From a virus, in IMG/VR virus record IMGVR_UViG_3300045988_058758, positions 1-56,374 of that record: DNA of 56,374 bases; one strand, 5' to 3'. Position numbers and translations under genes: made by a program. A model generated the notes under the pieces. It ran no database searches. It saw nothing but the letters and a program-made list of their open reading frames with translations, and was not told the DNA's origin. Below are positions 41,271-50,744 of the stretch, one piece after another. Positions within the stretch are counted from its first letter, which is position 1. Each line of letters begins with the position of its first letter.

Positions 41271-43196
41271 ATGAAAATATTTTTAAAAAAAGCGGTTTTA
41301 GAGAATTTTATGTGTTACGCAAGCAGAACATTTGATTTTTACGACATAACAAAGATTATGGCTGAGAATGGCGTAGGCAAGTCAACAATAGCCACGGCAT
41401 ATCTGTGGTGCTTGTTTAACTGCGATTATGAGTTAAAGGATAACCCGGTAGTCAGAAGAGAAGTTGATGGAGTATCAGTTGATGATATGGACGTGTCAGT
41501 TGAACTTACACTTGATGTTGACGGAAAAGAAGTAAATATGAAGAAAGTGCAGAAACGTACTTATAGCAAGGATGGCAGCAGTTACAAGGATGATAACGCA
41601 TACTTCGTCAATGACGTTCGTAAGAATTTAAAAGACTTCGACGCATATCTTGATGTTGATATGAGCGTATTCAAGATGTGCAGTAACATCAACGCATTTC
41701 TAAATCAGAAGCCTGCGGAAATGAGAGAATATCTGTTCAGTCTTGTTGAGAATGTGACAGACCTTGATATAGCACATTCTAAGGCTGAATTAGCCGAGTT
41801 AGTTCCTTTACTTAATAATTATACAGTTGAAGAATTATCTGCTATGAATAAGGCTACTAAGGCTAAAATCACAAAGGATTTACCTATCCTTGACGGACAG
41901 ATTAAGGAAAAGGAAAGAGATATTCAGATTAAGCAGGACACAGATGTATCTGACCTTGAACTGTATAGAAACAGCCTTAAAGAGCAGATTGCTGATTGCA
42001 TTGCGAAGCAGACTGACAATGACAAGCTGTTAGCTGAATATGACAAGGCTAGTGCCGATATTCTTGACTTGAAATTTAAGCAGGGAGATTTATCACGCAA
42101 GGCTAACGAGGAGAATATCAAGGCTAGACGAAAAATTGATGTCAAGATTACTGACAAGAAGTTTCTTGTTAGACAGACAGAAAAGACTATTGCCGATACC
42201 GAAAGCTGTATTGCCAGTTCAGAAAAGACCATTGAGAGCATTAAGGCTTACTTACAGACAGAGCGTGATAAGTGGAAAGAAGAAAATGAGCGTAAGTTTG
42301 ATGATTCAAGCCTTATCTGTCCTTATTGCGGTAATGAATATAAGGAAGATAAGAAAGAACAGTTAAAGGCTGATTTTACAAAGCATAAGGCTGATAACTT
42401 AAAGACAATTACTGACAATGGCAATATGTACAAGGAAAGGCTTGATAAGGAAAAAGCTACGCTTGAAAGTCTTAAAACGGAATTACCACAGCACAAGGAA
42501 AGCCTTGAAATGCTGAACACAGACATTGCAGACCTTGAAAAGCAGTTATCCGAACTTCTGCAGGAAATTGATGTGACAGCCGCAGAGGAGTACAAGGCAC
42601 TTGAACAGCAGATAGCCGAAAAAGAAGAAGCTATGCACAAGGCTAATGACATATCGGCAGTCAAGGTTGAATTAAAGGCACAGGAAAGCGAACTTAGGCA
42701 GCAGCTATCAGAAGCTGAACAGAAGATTGCTGAAAGTAACACAGAGAGAGACGAGCAGCGACTTGAAGAATTAAGGGCAGAACAGCGCACACAGGAACAG
42801 AATAAGGCTAATGCTGAAAAAATCCTTGATTTGCTTGATGAACTGGATAAGGCGAAGAATGAAACATTGTCTGATAGCATCAACAGCCATTTCTCACTTG
42901 TTAAGTGGAAGTTGTTTGAACTGAATAAGTCTGGCGGTTACAAGTCGGTTTGCATACCTACAGTTAATAGAAAATCAATTCTTACAACTATGAGCAATAA
43001 GGGCAACAGGATTTTAGGCAGAGTTGATATTTGCAACTCAATTCAGAAGATTAGTGCTATGTCAGTGCCTATTATCTTAGACGATAGTGAGAGCCTTGAC
43101 AGCACTAATCAGAAGAAAGTTGCTGAAATGGTGGATAGTCAGTTGATTATGCTGATTGTCAATGATAGCGAGAAATTAGAGATTGTGGAGGGGTAA
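41271..43196 (+). CDS. SMC/SbcC/RecN-like AAA ATPase (recombination module)
   Basis: Walker A AENGVGKST; long coiled coil; CPYCG zinc hook-like motif; C-terminal LDDSESLD. Confidence 0.65.
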   Translation: MKIFLKKAVLENFMCYASRTFDFYDITKIMAENGVGKSTIATAYLWCLFNCDYELKDNPVVRREVDGVSVDDMDVSVELTLDVDGKEVNMKKVQKRTYSKDGSSYKDDNAYFVNDVRKNLKDFDAYLDVDMSVFKMCSNINAFLNQKPAEMREYLFSLVENVTDLDIAHSKAELAELVPLLNNYTVEELSAMNKATKAKITKDLPILDGQIKEKERDIQIKQDTDVSDLELYRNSLKEQIADCIAKQTDNDKLLAEYDKASADILDLKFKQGDLSRKANEENIKARRKIDVKITDKKFLVRQTEKTIADTESCIASSEKTIESIKAYLQTERDKWKEENERKFDDSSLICPYCGNEYKEDKKEQLKADFTKHKADNLKTITDNGNMYKERLDKEKATLESLKTELPQHKESLEMLNTDIADLEKQLSELLQEIDVTAAEEYKALEQQIAEKEEAMHKANDISAVKVELKAQESELRQQLSEAEQKIAESNTERDEQRLEELRAEQRTQEQNKANAEKILDLLDELDKAKNETLSDSINSHFSLVKWKLFELNKSGGYKSVCIPTVNRKSILTTMSNKGNRILGRVDICNSIQKISAMSVPIILDDSESLDSTNQKKVAEMVDSQLIMLIVNDSEKLEIVEG

Positions 43197-43197
43197 T

Positions 43198-43398
43198 ATG
43201 CAGGGCGAAGACACATATGTACTTGCAGTAAGCGATGAAGAAGCAGAAGTTATCAAACAGTTTGTATCAGCAATGGAGAGAGTTACTATTGGCGTAGATA
43301 ATGATGATATTTGGGATATTATGGAAACCATCGCAAACAAACGGACTTCTGGTAGCGTAACGGGCATAATGATTATGTATGAAGAAAGTGAGGAATAA
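43198..43398 (+). CDS. Small acidic hypothetical protein
   Basis: RBS GGAGGGG. Confidence 0.5.
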   Translation: MQGEDTYVLAVSDEEAEVIKQFVSAMERVTIGVDNDDIWDIMETIANKRTSGSVTGIMIMYEESEE

Positions 43399-43400
43399 TT

Positions 43401-44471
43401 ATGGCAGAAACAACAGCAGTAGCAGAAAAGAAAGCATTTACAACATCATTAAGCGAATGGAGTAATGCTATGACAGGTCTTGTTATTGACGATTATAAGG
43501 CTTGCGGAATGGATATGGACGATTACGCAAAAGAGTGTGCTATGGAAGCAATGACAAGCATATTCAATCTTGTTAAGAGCGACCCTAAGATTGATATGAG
43601 AAATCTTGATACAAGCAATTTAAGGGGCATTGTCAAGCGTTGTGCAAGTCTTAAACTCAATGCTAGCGCATACCCAAGGGAGTGTTATTTTCAGCTAAGA
43701 AATGTAAAGGTAGGAACTGACCCACAGACAGGAAAAGATATATGGCAGAAACAGGTTGAAATGGGAATTGAGGGAAACGGCTACGATTCTCTCTTATCCA
43801 ACTATGGAAAGAATGTTGACACAGTTTATCCATATTGGGTTATCAAAGAGGGGGATGTGTATATTCCACCTAAACACAAAGGTCTTTTAATTACAGAACC
43901 GGAATGGGAAGAAAAAGGGTTATCCGATAAGGCGGTAAGAGTTGTATATCCTGTTAAGTTATTAGACGGAACAGTAACATATCTTTCTGCTGACAGGGAT
44001 AGTGTTAAGGTTAATCTGTTGGCTCATGTAAAGCAGAATATGATGAACAGTACCTTTGAAGTATGCGAGGATAGATATAAGGCTACGCCAAAGCAGAAAG
44101 CAGAAATTAAGGCTAAAAAAGACGAGATACTTAATGCTTTAAGAGCATGCAAGACAGTAGATGAAATGCTTGAATGTGAAATTGCAAGACCATTCATCAG
44201 CGGTGCTTGGCTTGATACGCCAGAGAGTATGATTCAGAGAAAAATGTGCAACAACGCTACAAGGAAATACCCTAAGAACTATGACCCTATGGCTAGACAG
44301 GCACAAGTTGAAATGGACGAGGTATATCAAGTTGCACAGGCTGAAATTGATGAAAATGCTAATACTGTTGAATTTATAGAAGATAAGGCAGATGCGGTTG
44401 ACACCACAGCCACAGAAGTAACCAAAGAACAGGCAGACAGTACATTACCGCCGTTTATGCAGGCAGAATAG
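43401..44471 (+). CDS. recT: RecT-like single-strand annealing protein
   Basis: RCASLKLNASA..ECYFQLRN...QVEMGIEGNGYDSLL pattern; position between the ATPase and the nuclease. Confidence 0.55.
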   Translation: MAETTAVAEKKAFTTSLSEWSNAMTGLVIDDYKACGMDMDDYAKECAMEAMTSIFNLVKSDPKIDMRNLDTSNLRGIVKRCASLKLNASAYPRECYFQLRNVKVGTDPQTGKDIWQKQVEMGIEGNGYDSLLSNYGKNVDTVYPYWVIKEGDVYIPPKHKGLLITEPEWEEKGLSDKAVRVVYPVKLLDGTVTYLSADRDSVKVNLLAHVKQNMMNSTFEVCEDRYKATPKQKAEIKAKKDEILNALRACKTVDEMLECEIARPFISGAWLDTPESMIQRKMCNNATRKYPKNYDPMARQAQVEMDEVYQVAQAEIDENANTVEFIEDKADAVDTTATEVTKEQADSTLPPFMQAE

Positions 44472-44481
44472 GAGATTAGAT

Positions 44482-44736
44482 ATGAAAGTATACGAATTAA
44501 TACAGGAATTAAGCCAGTACAATGCAGATACAGAAGTTAAGTTTCACTGTGAAGTCGAATATGACACTGACGTTGAAGCAGAATTTGACAGAGAGAATGA
44601 AAACGACACGCAGGAAGTGACAGTTACAGCAAGTTTTGACGATGATGTAGATTTTGATGATATTGACGATTATGAGCCAATGCACAAGAGAACTTGGCAG
44701 AAAGACCCATTCATTGTTATTAATTTATCTTATTAA
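44482..44736 (+). CDS. Very acidic small protein
   Basis: D/E-rich run DDDVDFDDIDDYE. Confidence 0.55.
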   Translation: MKVYELIQELSQYNADTEVKFHCEVEYDTDVEAEFDRENENDTQEVTVTASFDDDVDFDDIDDYEPMHKRTWQKDPFIVINLSY

Positions 44737-44747
44737 GGAGAGCTGAT

Positions 44748-45092
44748 ATGAGAGTAATATCACAGCATGGCAATGTTGATTTGCCTTATGAGCAGATAGT
44801 TGTGTGCCACGCAATGGAGAGCGTTATGGCGCTATACAATGGAGAGAAATACGTATTAGGTGAGTACTCTTCCAAAGAGAAATCGTATAAGGCTATGGAA
44901 ATGTTGAGAGAGACATATATCGGTATGCCTATTGTAATGCAGAATGTCGCTATTTCAGAAAATTTAGCAAAGGAATTTGAAAGATTGAAGAAATGTGGCG
45001 TTATGGTGCGAGCAGAAAATCAGCCGTCAAAAGTAGATTTTATCAACAATGCTGTTTTTCAGTTCCCACAGGATGATGAAATCGAGGTGTGA
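44748..45092 (+). CDS. Hypothetical protein
   Basis: RBS AAGGAG. Confidence 0.55.
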   Translation: MRVISQHGNVDLPYEQIVVCHAMESVMALYNGEKYVLGEYSSKEKSYKAMEMLRETYIGMPIVMQNVAISENLAKEFERLKKCGVMVRAENQPSKVDFINNAVFQFPQDDEIEV

Positions 45093-45094
45093 GT

Positions 45095-45451
45095 ATGAAA
45101 ATTATTAAAGGTAAAGAAAAAGAATACAAGGATTGGTACGACAAGAATAGTGATGAATATGGCAGAGCTTGCTTCGCTTATGCTGAAAGGTGGGCTGAAC
45201 TGTTAGAGACAGAAATTGACAAGAGCAATGATGTTATGAAGTGTTTTGTTGACAATGCCGACAGATTAAGCCACGAAGCAGATACAGAGGGCATAACAGG
45301 ATTTATGTACGGATGTGCAGTTAGTATTCTTTCACAGTGCTGGGAATACGGAGAGTATTTGAGAAAGTGGCACAACAAAGAGTATGGATATGACGGAGAC
45401 GGAGTTGTAAATCCAGCAGTTATGACAGTGGGTGTGGATGATGAAACTTAA
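45095..45451 (+). CDS. Hypothetical protein
   Basis: RBS GAGGTG. Confidence 0.55.
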   Translation: MKIIKGKEKEYKDWYDKNSDEYGRACFAYAERWAELLETEIDKSNDVMKCFVDNADRLSHEADTEGITGFMYGCAVSILSQCWEYGEYLRKWHNKEYGYDGDGVVNPAVMTVGVDDET

Positions 45452-46169
45452 ATGTATCGCAACGGGAAGCACAGGAAACTGCTACACCTTAACTTCTAAC
45501 GGTGGCGAAACACTTATCCTTGATTGCGGAATACCGATTAAGGAGATTAAAAAAGGCTTAGATTGGAACATTAAAGGTATTGTGGGTGTGTTATGCACCC
45601 ATAAACACCTTGACCATAGCAAGTCAGTAAAAGATTTTGAAACTATGGGTATTCCTATATGTGAGCCATACAAAGCCTTACTTATGAACCAGTTTCTAGC
45701 AAATTCTTATTTTACTGTAAGAGCATTTGACTTAACAACGATAGACGGAAACTGGACGCATACTAATGCAAATGGCGAACCTTGCCCGATATTCGGATTC
45801 CTGATTACACACCCAGAAATGGGGAAGATGCTTTACATAACGGATTGTGAAGTTATTAAGTGGAAATTTAAGGATATAAACCACATTCTCTTAGGTGTGA
45901 ACTATGACAAGGATTTAGTTGATACCGACAATCCGAAAGCTAATCACGTTTTCAGAGGTCATTTAAGCATTGATACCGCTTGCGATTTTGTTAAGGCTAA
46001 CGATTCAGATAGCTTGCAGAACGTCATAATGTGCCATTTATCAAGTGAAAATGCTGATAAGGATAGCTTTATTGAGAAAATGAAAAATGCTGTAAATGGG
46101 GCGAATGTGGACGTTGCAGAGCGTAACAAGGAATGGCTACTTGCTAATCCTAATGAGTGCCCTTTTTAG
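45441..46169 (+). CDS. Metallo-beta-lactamase-fold hydrolase/nuclease
   Basis: GSTGNCY...LDCG; THKHLDHS (HxHxDH). Confidence 0.7.
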   Translation: MKLKCIATGSTGNCYTLTSNGGETLILDCGIPIKEIKKGLDWNIKGIVGVLCTHKHLDHSKSVKDFETMGIPICEPYKALLMNQFLANSYFTVRAFDLTTIDGNWTHTNANGEPCPIFGFLITHPEMGKMLYITDCEVIKWKFKDINHILLGVNYDKDLVDTDNPKANHVFRGHLSIDTACDFVKANDSDSLQNVIMCHLSSENADKDSFIEKMKNAVNGANVDVAERNKEWLLANPNECPF

Positions 46170-46183
46170 AAAGGAGAATTGAA

Positions 46184-46519
46184 ATGAAGAAAGCTGAACC
46201 AAAAATGATTTTAAATATATCTCTCAATAGTGAGGAAATTGAAGAAAAGGTCAAGATTGCTATGGACGAATATGCAGAGAAAGTTATTTATAAAAATCTT
46301 GATGAAGAAATTGCAAAAATTGTTGACAAGAGAATTGAAAAACTTACGTCTGCTTCAAGCTGGAGTAGTGACAGGAAAATACAGGGTGTTTCTTTTGAGC
46401 AGTTTGTGAAAGATAGAACCGAAAAAACTATCGGTGATTTTGTAGAAAAGAATATCAAAGAAATCCTTGCCAAGAGATTTGCTGAAATTATGACAGATAG
46501 GAGTTTTGATAATGATTAA
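46184..46519 (+). CDS. Hypothetical protein
   Basis: RBS AAAGGAG. Confidence 0.55.
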   Translation: MKKAEPKMILNISLNSEEIEEKVKIAMDEYAEKVIYKNLDEEIAKIVDKRIEKLTSASSWSSDRKIQGVSFEQFVKDRTEKTIGDFVEKNIKEILAKRFAEIMTDRSFDND

Positions 46520-46537
46520 AGGCAGAAAGGAGCAGTA

Positions 46538-46936
46538 ATGGAGAGATTAACAAGAAGAAGTACTAACGGAACCGGCGTATATGCTACACCTAGTGGAGAA
46601 CCTGTTGAATGGGAAAATAACCGCCATAATGTATTGCAGAAATTAGCAGAATATGAGGACTTAGAAGAACAAGGCAGACTTTTGAAATTGCCTTGCAAGG
46701 TGGGAGATACAATATATGCTGTTGGCGAAATAGTAAAAGAATACAAAGTACTAAGCGTGAGTTATCATAGCAATAAACCAACTAACAGAAGCGAAGTTTG
46801 TATTGAAACATTGCCTGTCAATGGCTCAAGAGTAGTTGTGGCTTTTTATGATAAGGAATTTGGAAAGAATGTATTCCTCACAAAATCGGAAGCAGAAGCA
46901 AAACTGAAAGAATTGAGAGGTGGGAAAAATGAGTGA
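46538..46936 (+). CDS. Hypothetical protein
   Basis: RBS AAAGGAG. Confidence 0.55.
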   Translation: MERLTRRSTNGTGVYATPSGEPVEWENNRHNVLQKLAEYEDLEEQGRLLKLPCKVGDTIYAVGEIVKEYKVLSVSYHSNKPTNRSEVCIETLPVNGSRVVVAFYDKEFGKNVFLTKSEAEAKLKELRGGKNE

Positions 46937-47285
46937 TAAGCAGATAAAAGAGTTAGCAGAAGACAATGCTATATATGAATTTAATAAATTCAAAAAGATA
47001 TATGGCAATTATACAGATGAATATGTCAGACATTTTTACAACAAATTGGCTGAATTAAGAAGTGGGGTTGATGATGTTCATGTTTGCGACTGCCGGCACA
47101 GAGGCAATCCAAGAGATAATGAGCCTTGTTGCAGATGTGATAGCAAAACGACTAACGCAGACAGGATTAGAGATATGGGTGATGAAGAGTTAGCAGAATT
47201 TCTTGTCGGATTTAAAAACACATTCGGCGAGGAATACGAGGGAGAAGCTAGTTGCATGGAATGGCTTCAATCAGAAGCGGAATAG
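46929..47285 (+). CDS. Hypothetical Cys-containing protein
   Basis: RBS GAGGTGGG. Confidence 0.55.
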   Translation: MSDKQIKELAEDNAIYEFNKFKKIYGNYTDEYVRHFYNKLAELRSGVDDVHVCDCRHRGNPRDNEPCCRCDSKTTNADRIRDMGDEELAEFLVGFKNTFGEEYEGEASCMEWLQSEAE

Positions 47286-47293
47286 GAGAGAAA

Positions 47294-47578
47294 ATGAAGT
47301 ATATAAGTAATGCAAAATATGGAGAGCTGGTTGAAACAGGAACTATCTACAGAGGTGATAATAAAAGATTGGATATATGTGTTCACACGCTATGCGGTTG
47401 CGGAGAAACACTATATATGAATTGTCAGGCACTAGGTATTGTGGATAGAAAATTAAACAGTACATCTGTAATGAGCGCGATAAGCGAAGCACAATCATTA
47501 GTGAAACGTGAGCTTGATTTACTTAGCAAGGAACTTAATTCTATATTGAACAGTGAGATAGAAATATCAAGGTATTAG
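47294..47578 (+). CDS. Hypothetical protein
   Basis: RBS AGGAGAG. Confidence 0.5.
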   Translation: MKYISNAKYGELVETGTIYRGDNKRLDICVHTLCGCGETLYMNCQALGIVDRKLNSTSVMSAISEAQSLVKRELDLLSKELNSILNSEIEISRY

Positions 47579-47591
47579 AATAGGAGATAAC

Positions 47592-48053
47592 ATGGAAAAT
47601 AGATACTTATTTAAAGCAAAAAGGAAAAACTGGCAGGAATTACCAAAAGACGAACAATGGGTGCAGGGTTACTTGTTTGATGATGGATTTGAAAATGGGA
47701 GAGTGTTTGTAGGTAGTTTTGTCATTGAGAAATACAATGGAACTGCTTGTGATGATTGGGCTGTTACTGGCATAAATTTCTACGAGATAGACCAGAACAC
47801 AATCTGTCAGTGTACTGGCTTAAAAGACAAGAACGGCGAGCTGATTTGGGAAAATGATATTGTCAGAGATAAAGAGGGTAATTGTTATAAAGCCTTTTGG
47901 CAGAATAACTATTATCAGTTTTCTTGGATTTGTGTCAAATCAGACATATTCCAAATCGGTACAAAGTGGGATTTATACATTTGGAGAAGTTATGAAATAG
48001 CAGTTATCGGCAATACATTTGACAATCCAGAGTTATTAGAAAGTGAGGAATAA
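47592..48053 (+). CDS. YopX-family protein
   Basis: QCTGLKDKNGELIWENDIV ... IGNTFDNPELLE. Confidence 0.8.
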   Translation: MENRYLFKAKRKNWQELPKDEQWVQGYLFDDGFENGRVFVGSFVIEKYNGTACDDWAVTGINFYEIDQNTICQCTGLKDKNGELIWENDIVRDKEGNCYKAFWQNNYYQFSWICVKSDIFQIGTKWDLYIWRSYEIAVIGNTFDNPELLESEE

Positions 48054-48055
48054 AG

Positions 48056-48223
48056 ATGAGTGGGTTAATTGATTCATTAATTAAAATGCTTAAAGATAGC
48101 AATGCAGGATTTATCTCGACTAAGATAGGCGAGTACACGATTATTGTTACGGATGACGATGATGGAGCCAAGGTGCTTAATGAAGCTTGGGATGATTATG
48201 TAGAAGAAAGTGAGGAAAAATAA
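48056..48223 (+). CDS. 55-aa acidic hypothetical protein
   Basis: Not in the ORF track; RBS GTGAGGA. Confidence 0.4.
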   Translation: MSGLIDSLIKMLKDSNAGFISTKIGEYTIIVTDDDDGAKVLNEAWDDYVEESEEK

Positions 48224-48651
48224 TGAACAGAGTAATTTTATGTGGCAGGCTGACTAGAGAGCCGGAGGTTAGATATTCGCAGACAGCAAACGGAAGTATG
48301 GCAGTTGCAAGATACACATTAGCTGTTGACAGAGCTTTTAAGAAAGAGGGCGAACAATCAGCAGACTTTATCAGTTGTATTGCATTTGGCAAGAATGGAG
48401 AGTTTGCGGAGAAGTATCTCCATCAAGGCACTAAGATTATCGTTGAGGGCAGATGGCAGACAGGCAACTATACCAACAAGGACGGACAGAAAGTTTACAC
48501 TAATGATTGCGTTGTTGAAAGACACGAGTTCTGCGAAAGCCGTACTAATCAGCAGAGTGGCAATAATGGAATTATGGGCGGTAACAGCAGTAATGATGGC
48601 TTTATGGCTATTCCAGATGATGTAGCTGATGAGGGATTACCATTTAATTAA
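48223..48651 (+). CDS. ssb: Single-stranded DNA-binding protein
   Basis: MNRVILCGRLTREPEVRY ... acidic tail DEGLPF. Confidence 0.9.
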   Translation: MNRVILCGRLTREPEVRYSQTANGSMAVARYTLAVDRAFKKEGEQSADFISCIAFGKNGEFAEKYLHQGTKIIVEGRWQTGNYTNKDGQKVYTNDCVVERHEFCESRTNQQSGNNGIMGGNSSNDGFMAIPDDVADEGLPFN

Positions 48652-48663
48652 AGAGGTGTGAGT

Positions 48664-49868
48664 ATGACAGAAAATAAACATACAATGCAAGAATTGTATC
48701 AATGGCAGGCATTACCGCTTAATATCAAGGTTTTAATGACAGCCGAGAGAGTGCGAAACTGGGTTGATGAATTTGGCGAAGACGGAGTGTATCTGTCTTT
48801 TAGCGGCGGCAAGGATAGCACAGTTTTAGGACATATAATCAGAGAAGTTTGCGGATATAAAAACATTCCGTTTGTGTTCGTGGATGTACCGACACAATAT
48901 CCAGAGTTAAAGGAATTTGCAAAGACATTTGATAACCTTGTGATTTTGAAGCCTAAAATTTCATTTGCAGAGATTTGCGAAAAGTATGGTTTTCCAATGA
49001 TAAGCAAGGAAGTGGCAAATTGTGTAAGTGGTGCAAGAAAATATGTTAAATACCTTGACAGTCAAAAATCTAATAACACAATCTTGACAGACAGACAGAC
49101 AGACAGGCAGTTCCGTATGCTTGCTATATGGCAGATCTGCTAGGAATAGACAGGAGAATAAGCAAGCAGAACGAACAGTACAAGATTTTACAGATGGGGG
49201 TTATCCCTAGCGGTTCAGAATTCAGGTTACGCAGACTGAATGGAGAACTGACAGATAGTAAAGGTAATTATAGTCGGTTTAATCAAGAAAAATACAAATT
49301 CTTTCTTGACGCACCATTTGAGATAAGTGACTTATGTTGTGACATTATGAAGAAAAAGCCGGCACACGAATATGAAAAGAAAACATGCAGAAAGCCGATT
49401 ATAGCGACTATGGCAAGTGAAAGCGTTATGCGTACGCAAAAATGGTTACAGGATGGCTGCAATGCTTTTAATGTTACAAGACCACATAGCAACCCTATGA
49501 GCTTTTGGACGGAACAAGATGTGTTGCTTTATATCAAAGAAAACAATCTGCCTATTTGTTCAGTTTATGGCGAAGTAGTTACAGATTACGAAGCTATGGG
49601 GCAATGCGAAAATCAGATGTCATTTGCTGATTTTGGGATTTTCGATAATGAAAGACCATTGCTGAAAACCACAGGTTGCAAAAGAACAGGTTGTGTGTTA
49701 TGCGGATTTGGCTGTCATTTAGAGAAAGAACCGAATAGGTTTCAGATGTTAAAAGAAACGCACCCGAAATTTCATAATCTGCTTTACATCTTGAAAAACA
49801 ATGGCGTGACATATGCAGAAGCTATTGACTGGGTAAATGAACACGGAAATATGAATATTAAGTATTAA
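48664..49868 (+). pseudogene. PAPS-reductase / PP-loop ATPase-like gene split into two frames (48664-49143 and 49077/49128-49868) at a (GACA)5 repeat
   Basis: SFSGGKDST PP-loop in part 1; Cys cluster TGCKRTGCVLCGFGCH in part 2; the second frame is open from 49077. Confidence 0.6.
49086..49105. repeat. Tetranucleotide repeat (GACA)5 at the frame junction
   Basis: Read directly from the sequence. Confidence 0.95.
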
Positions 49869-49876
49869 AGGAGTGA

Positions 49877-50473
49877 TTAAAGACGGATTACAAGAAGCTA
49901 AGACAGGCAAAAGCCATAGAATCAGAGAACCGAAAGCGACTTCTAAAGATAAATCCAAAGCTGAATGACAGGAGTGGAATATACTTTTTGACAAGAACTG
50001 ACGAAAACAATATTTCGTACTTTTACATAGGGCAGGCAGTGCATATATGCCAAAGAATGTGCGGACATCTTGTAGGGTATCAACACATAGACCTGTCTCT
50101 TAAAAAGAGAGGTTTTTATAGCAATGACAACCATTATGGGTGGAAACTTAATTTTATCAACTATCCCGAATCCGAACTAGACAAATGGGAACAGTACTGG
50201 ATTTTGGAGTACACCCAAAAAGGTTATCAATGCAGATACAACAAGACAGCGGGCGGTCAAGGAGAGGGTAAAGAAAAGATAAATGAGTTTAAGCCCTCTA
50301 AAGGTTATCGTGACGGCATACAGCAAGGCAGAAAGAACCTTGCAAGGGAATTATCCAATATAGCGGAAAAGCACCTTAAAATCGAATTAAGAGAAGATAA
50401 GGCTAATAATAAGGTGTCGCAGAAGCAGTATGAGAAGTTTAAGGAATTATTGAAAGTGGGTGATTCAGAGTGA
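49877..50473 (+). CDS. GIY-YIG nuclease; 5' end unresolved (no canonical start upstream of the GIY motif)
   Basis: SGIYFLTR...YFYIGQA...R...H; frame open from 49877; first start codon (TTG 49988) lies after the GIY motif. Confidence 0.6.
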   Translation, partial: LKTDYKKLRQAKAIESENRKRLLKINPKLNDRSGIYFLTRTDENNISYFYIGQAVHICQRMCGHLVGYQHIDLSLKKRGFYSNDNHYGWKLNFINYPESELDKWEQYWILEYTQKGYQCRYNKTAGGQGEGKEKINEFKPSKGYRDGIQQGRKNLARELSNIAEKHLKIELREDKANNKVSQKQYEKFKELLKVGDSE

Positions 50474-50685
50474 AAAGAAATGATTGCATAGAGGCATTAG
50501 ACCACTTAAAAGAAAAGCTGAAAGAAAAAGATATAATTGCCGTACAGGATAGTGAAGATGATTATAAATGTCCTGTATGCGGTCAGATTTTTACAGGAGA
50601 AGATATTATTAAATACTCTTACAAGTGGTGCTATAACTGTGGTCAGAGAGTAGATTTTACTCTTCCGAGGAACAGATTTAACTAG
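50470..50685 (+). CDS. Zn-ribbon protein
   Basis: CPVCG ... CYNCG. Confidence 0.55.
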   Translation: MKRNDCIEALDHLKEKLKEKDIIAVQDSEDDYKCPVCGQIFTGEDIIKYSYKWCYNCGQRVDFTLPRNRFN

Positions 50686-50744
50686 CTAAAAATCAAAGAA
50701 AGGAATAGGTTGTGCGCACATAAAACCGCGGTTTCCTTTTAGTG

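Noticed and set aside
48326-48625. 99-aa alternative-frame ORF inside ssb
   Set aside because: It lies entirely within the well-supported SSB gene and has no RBS.
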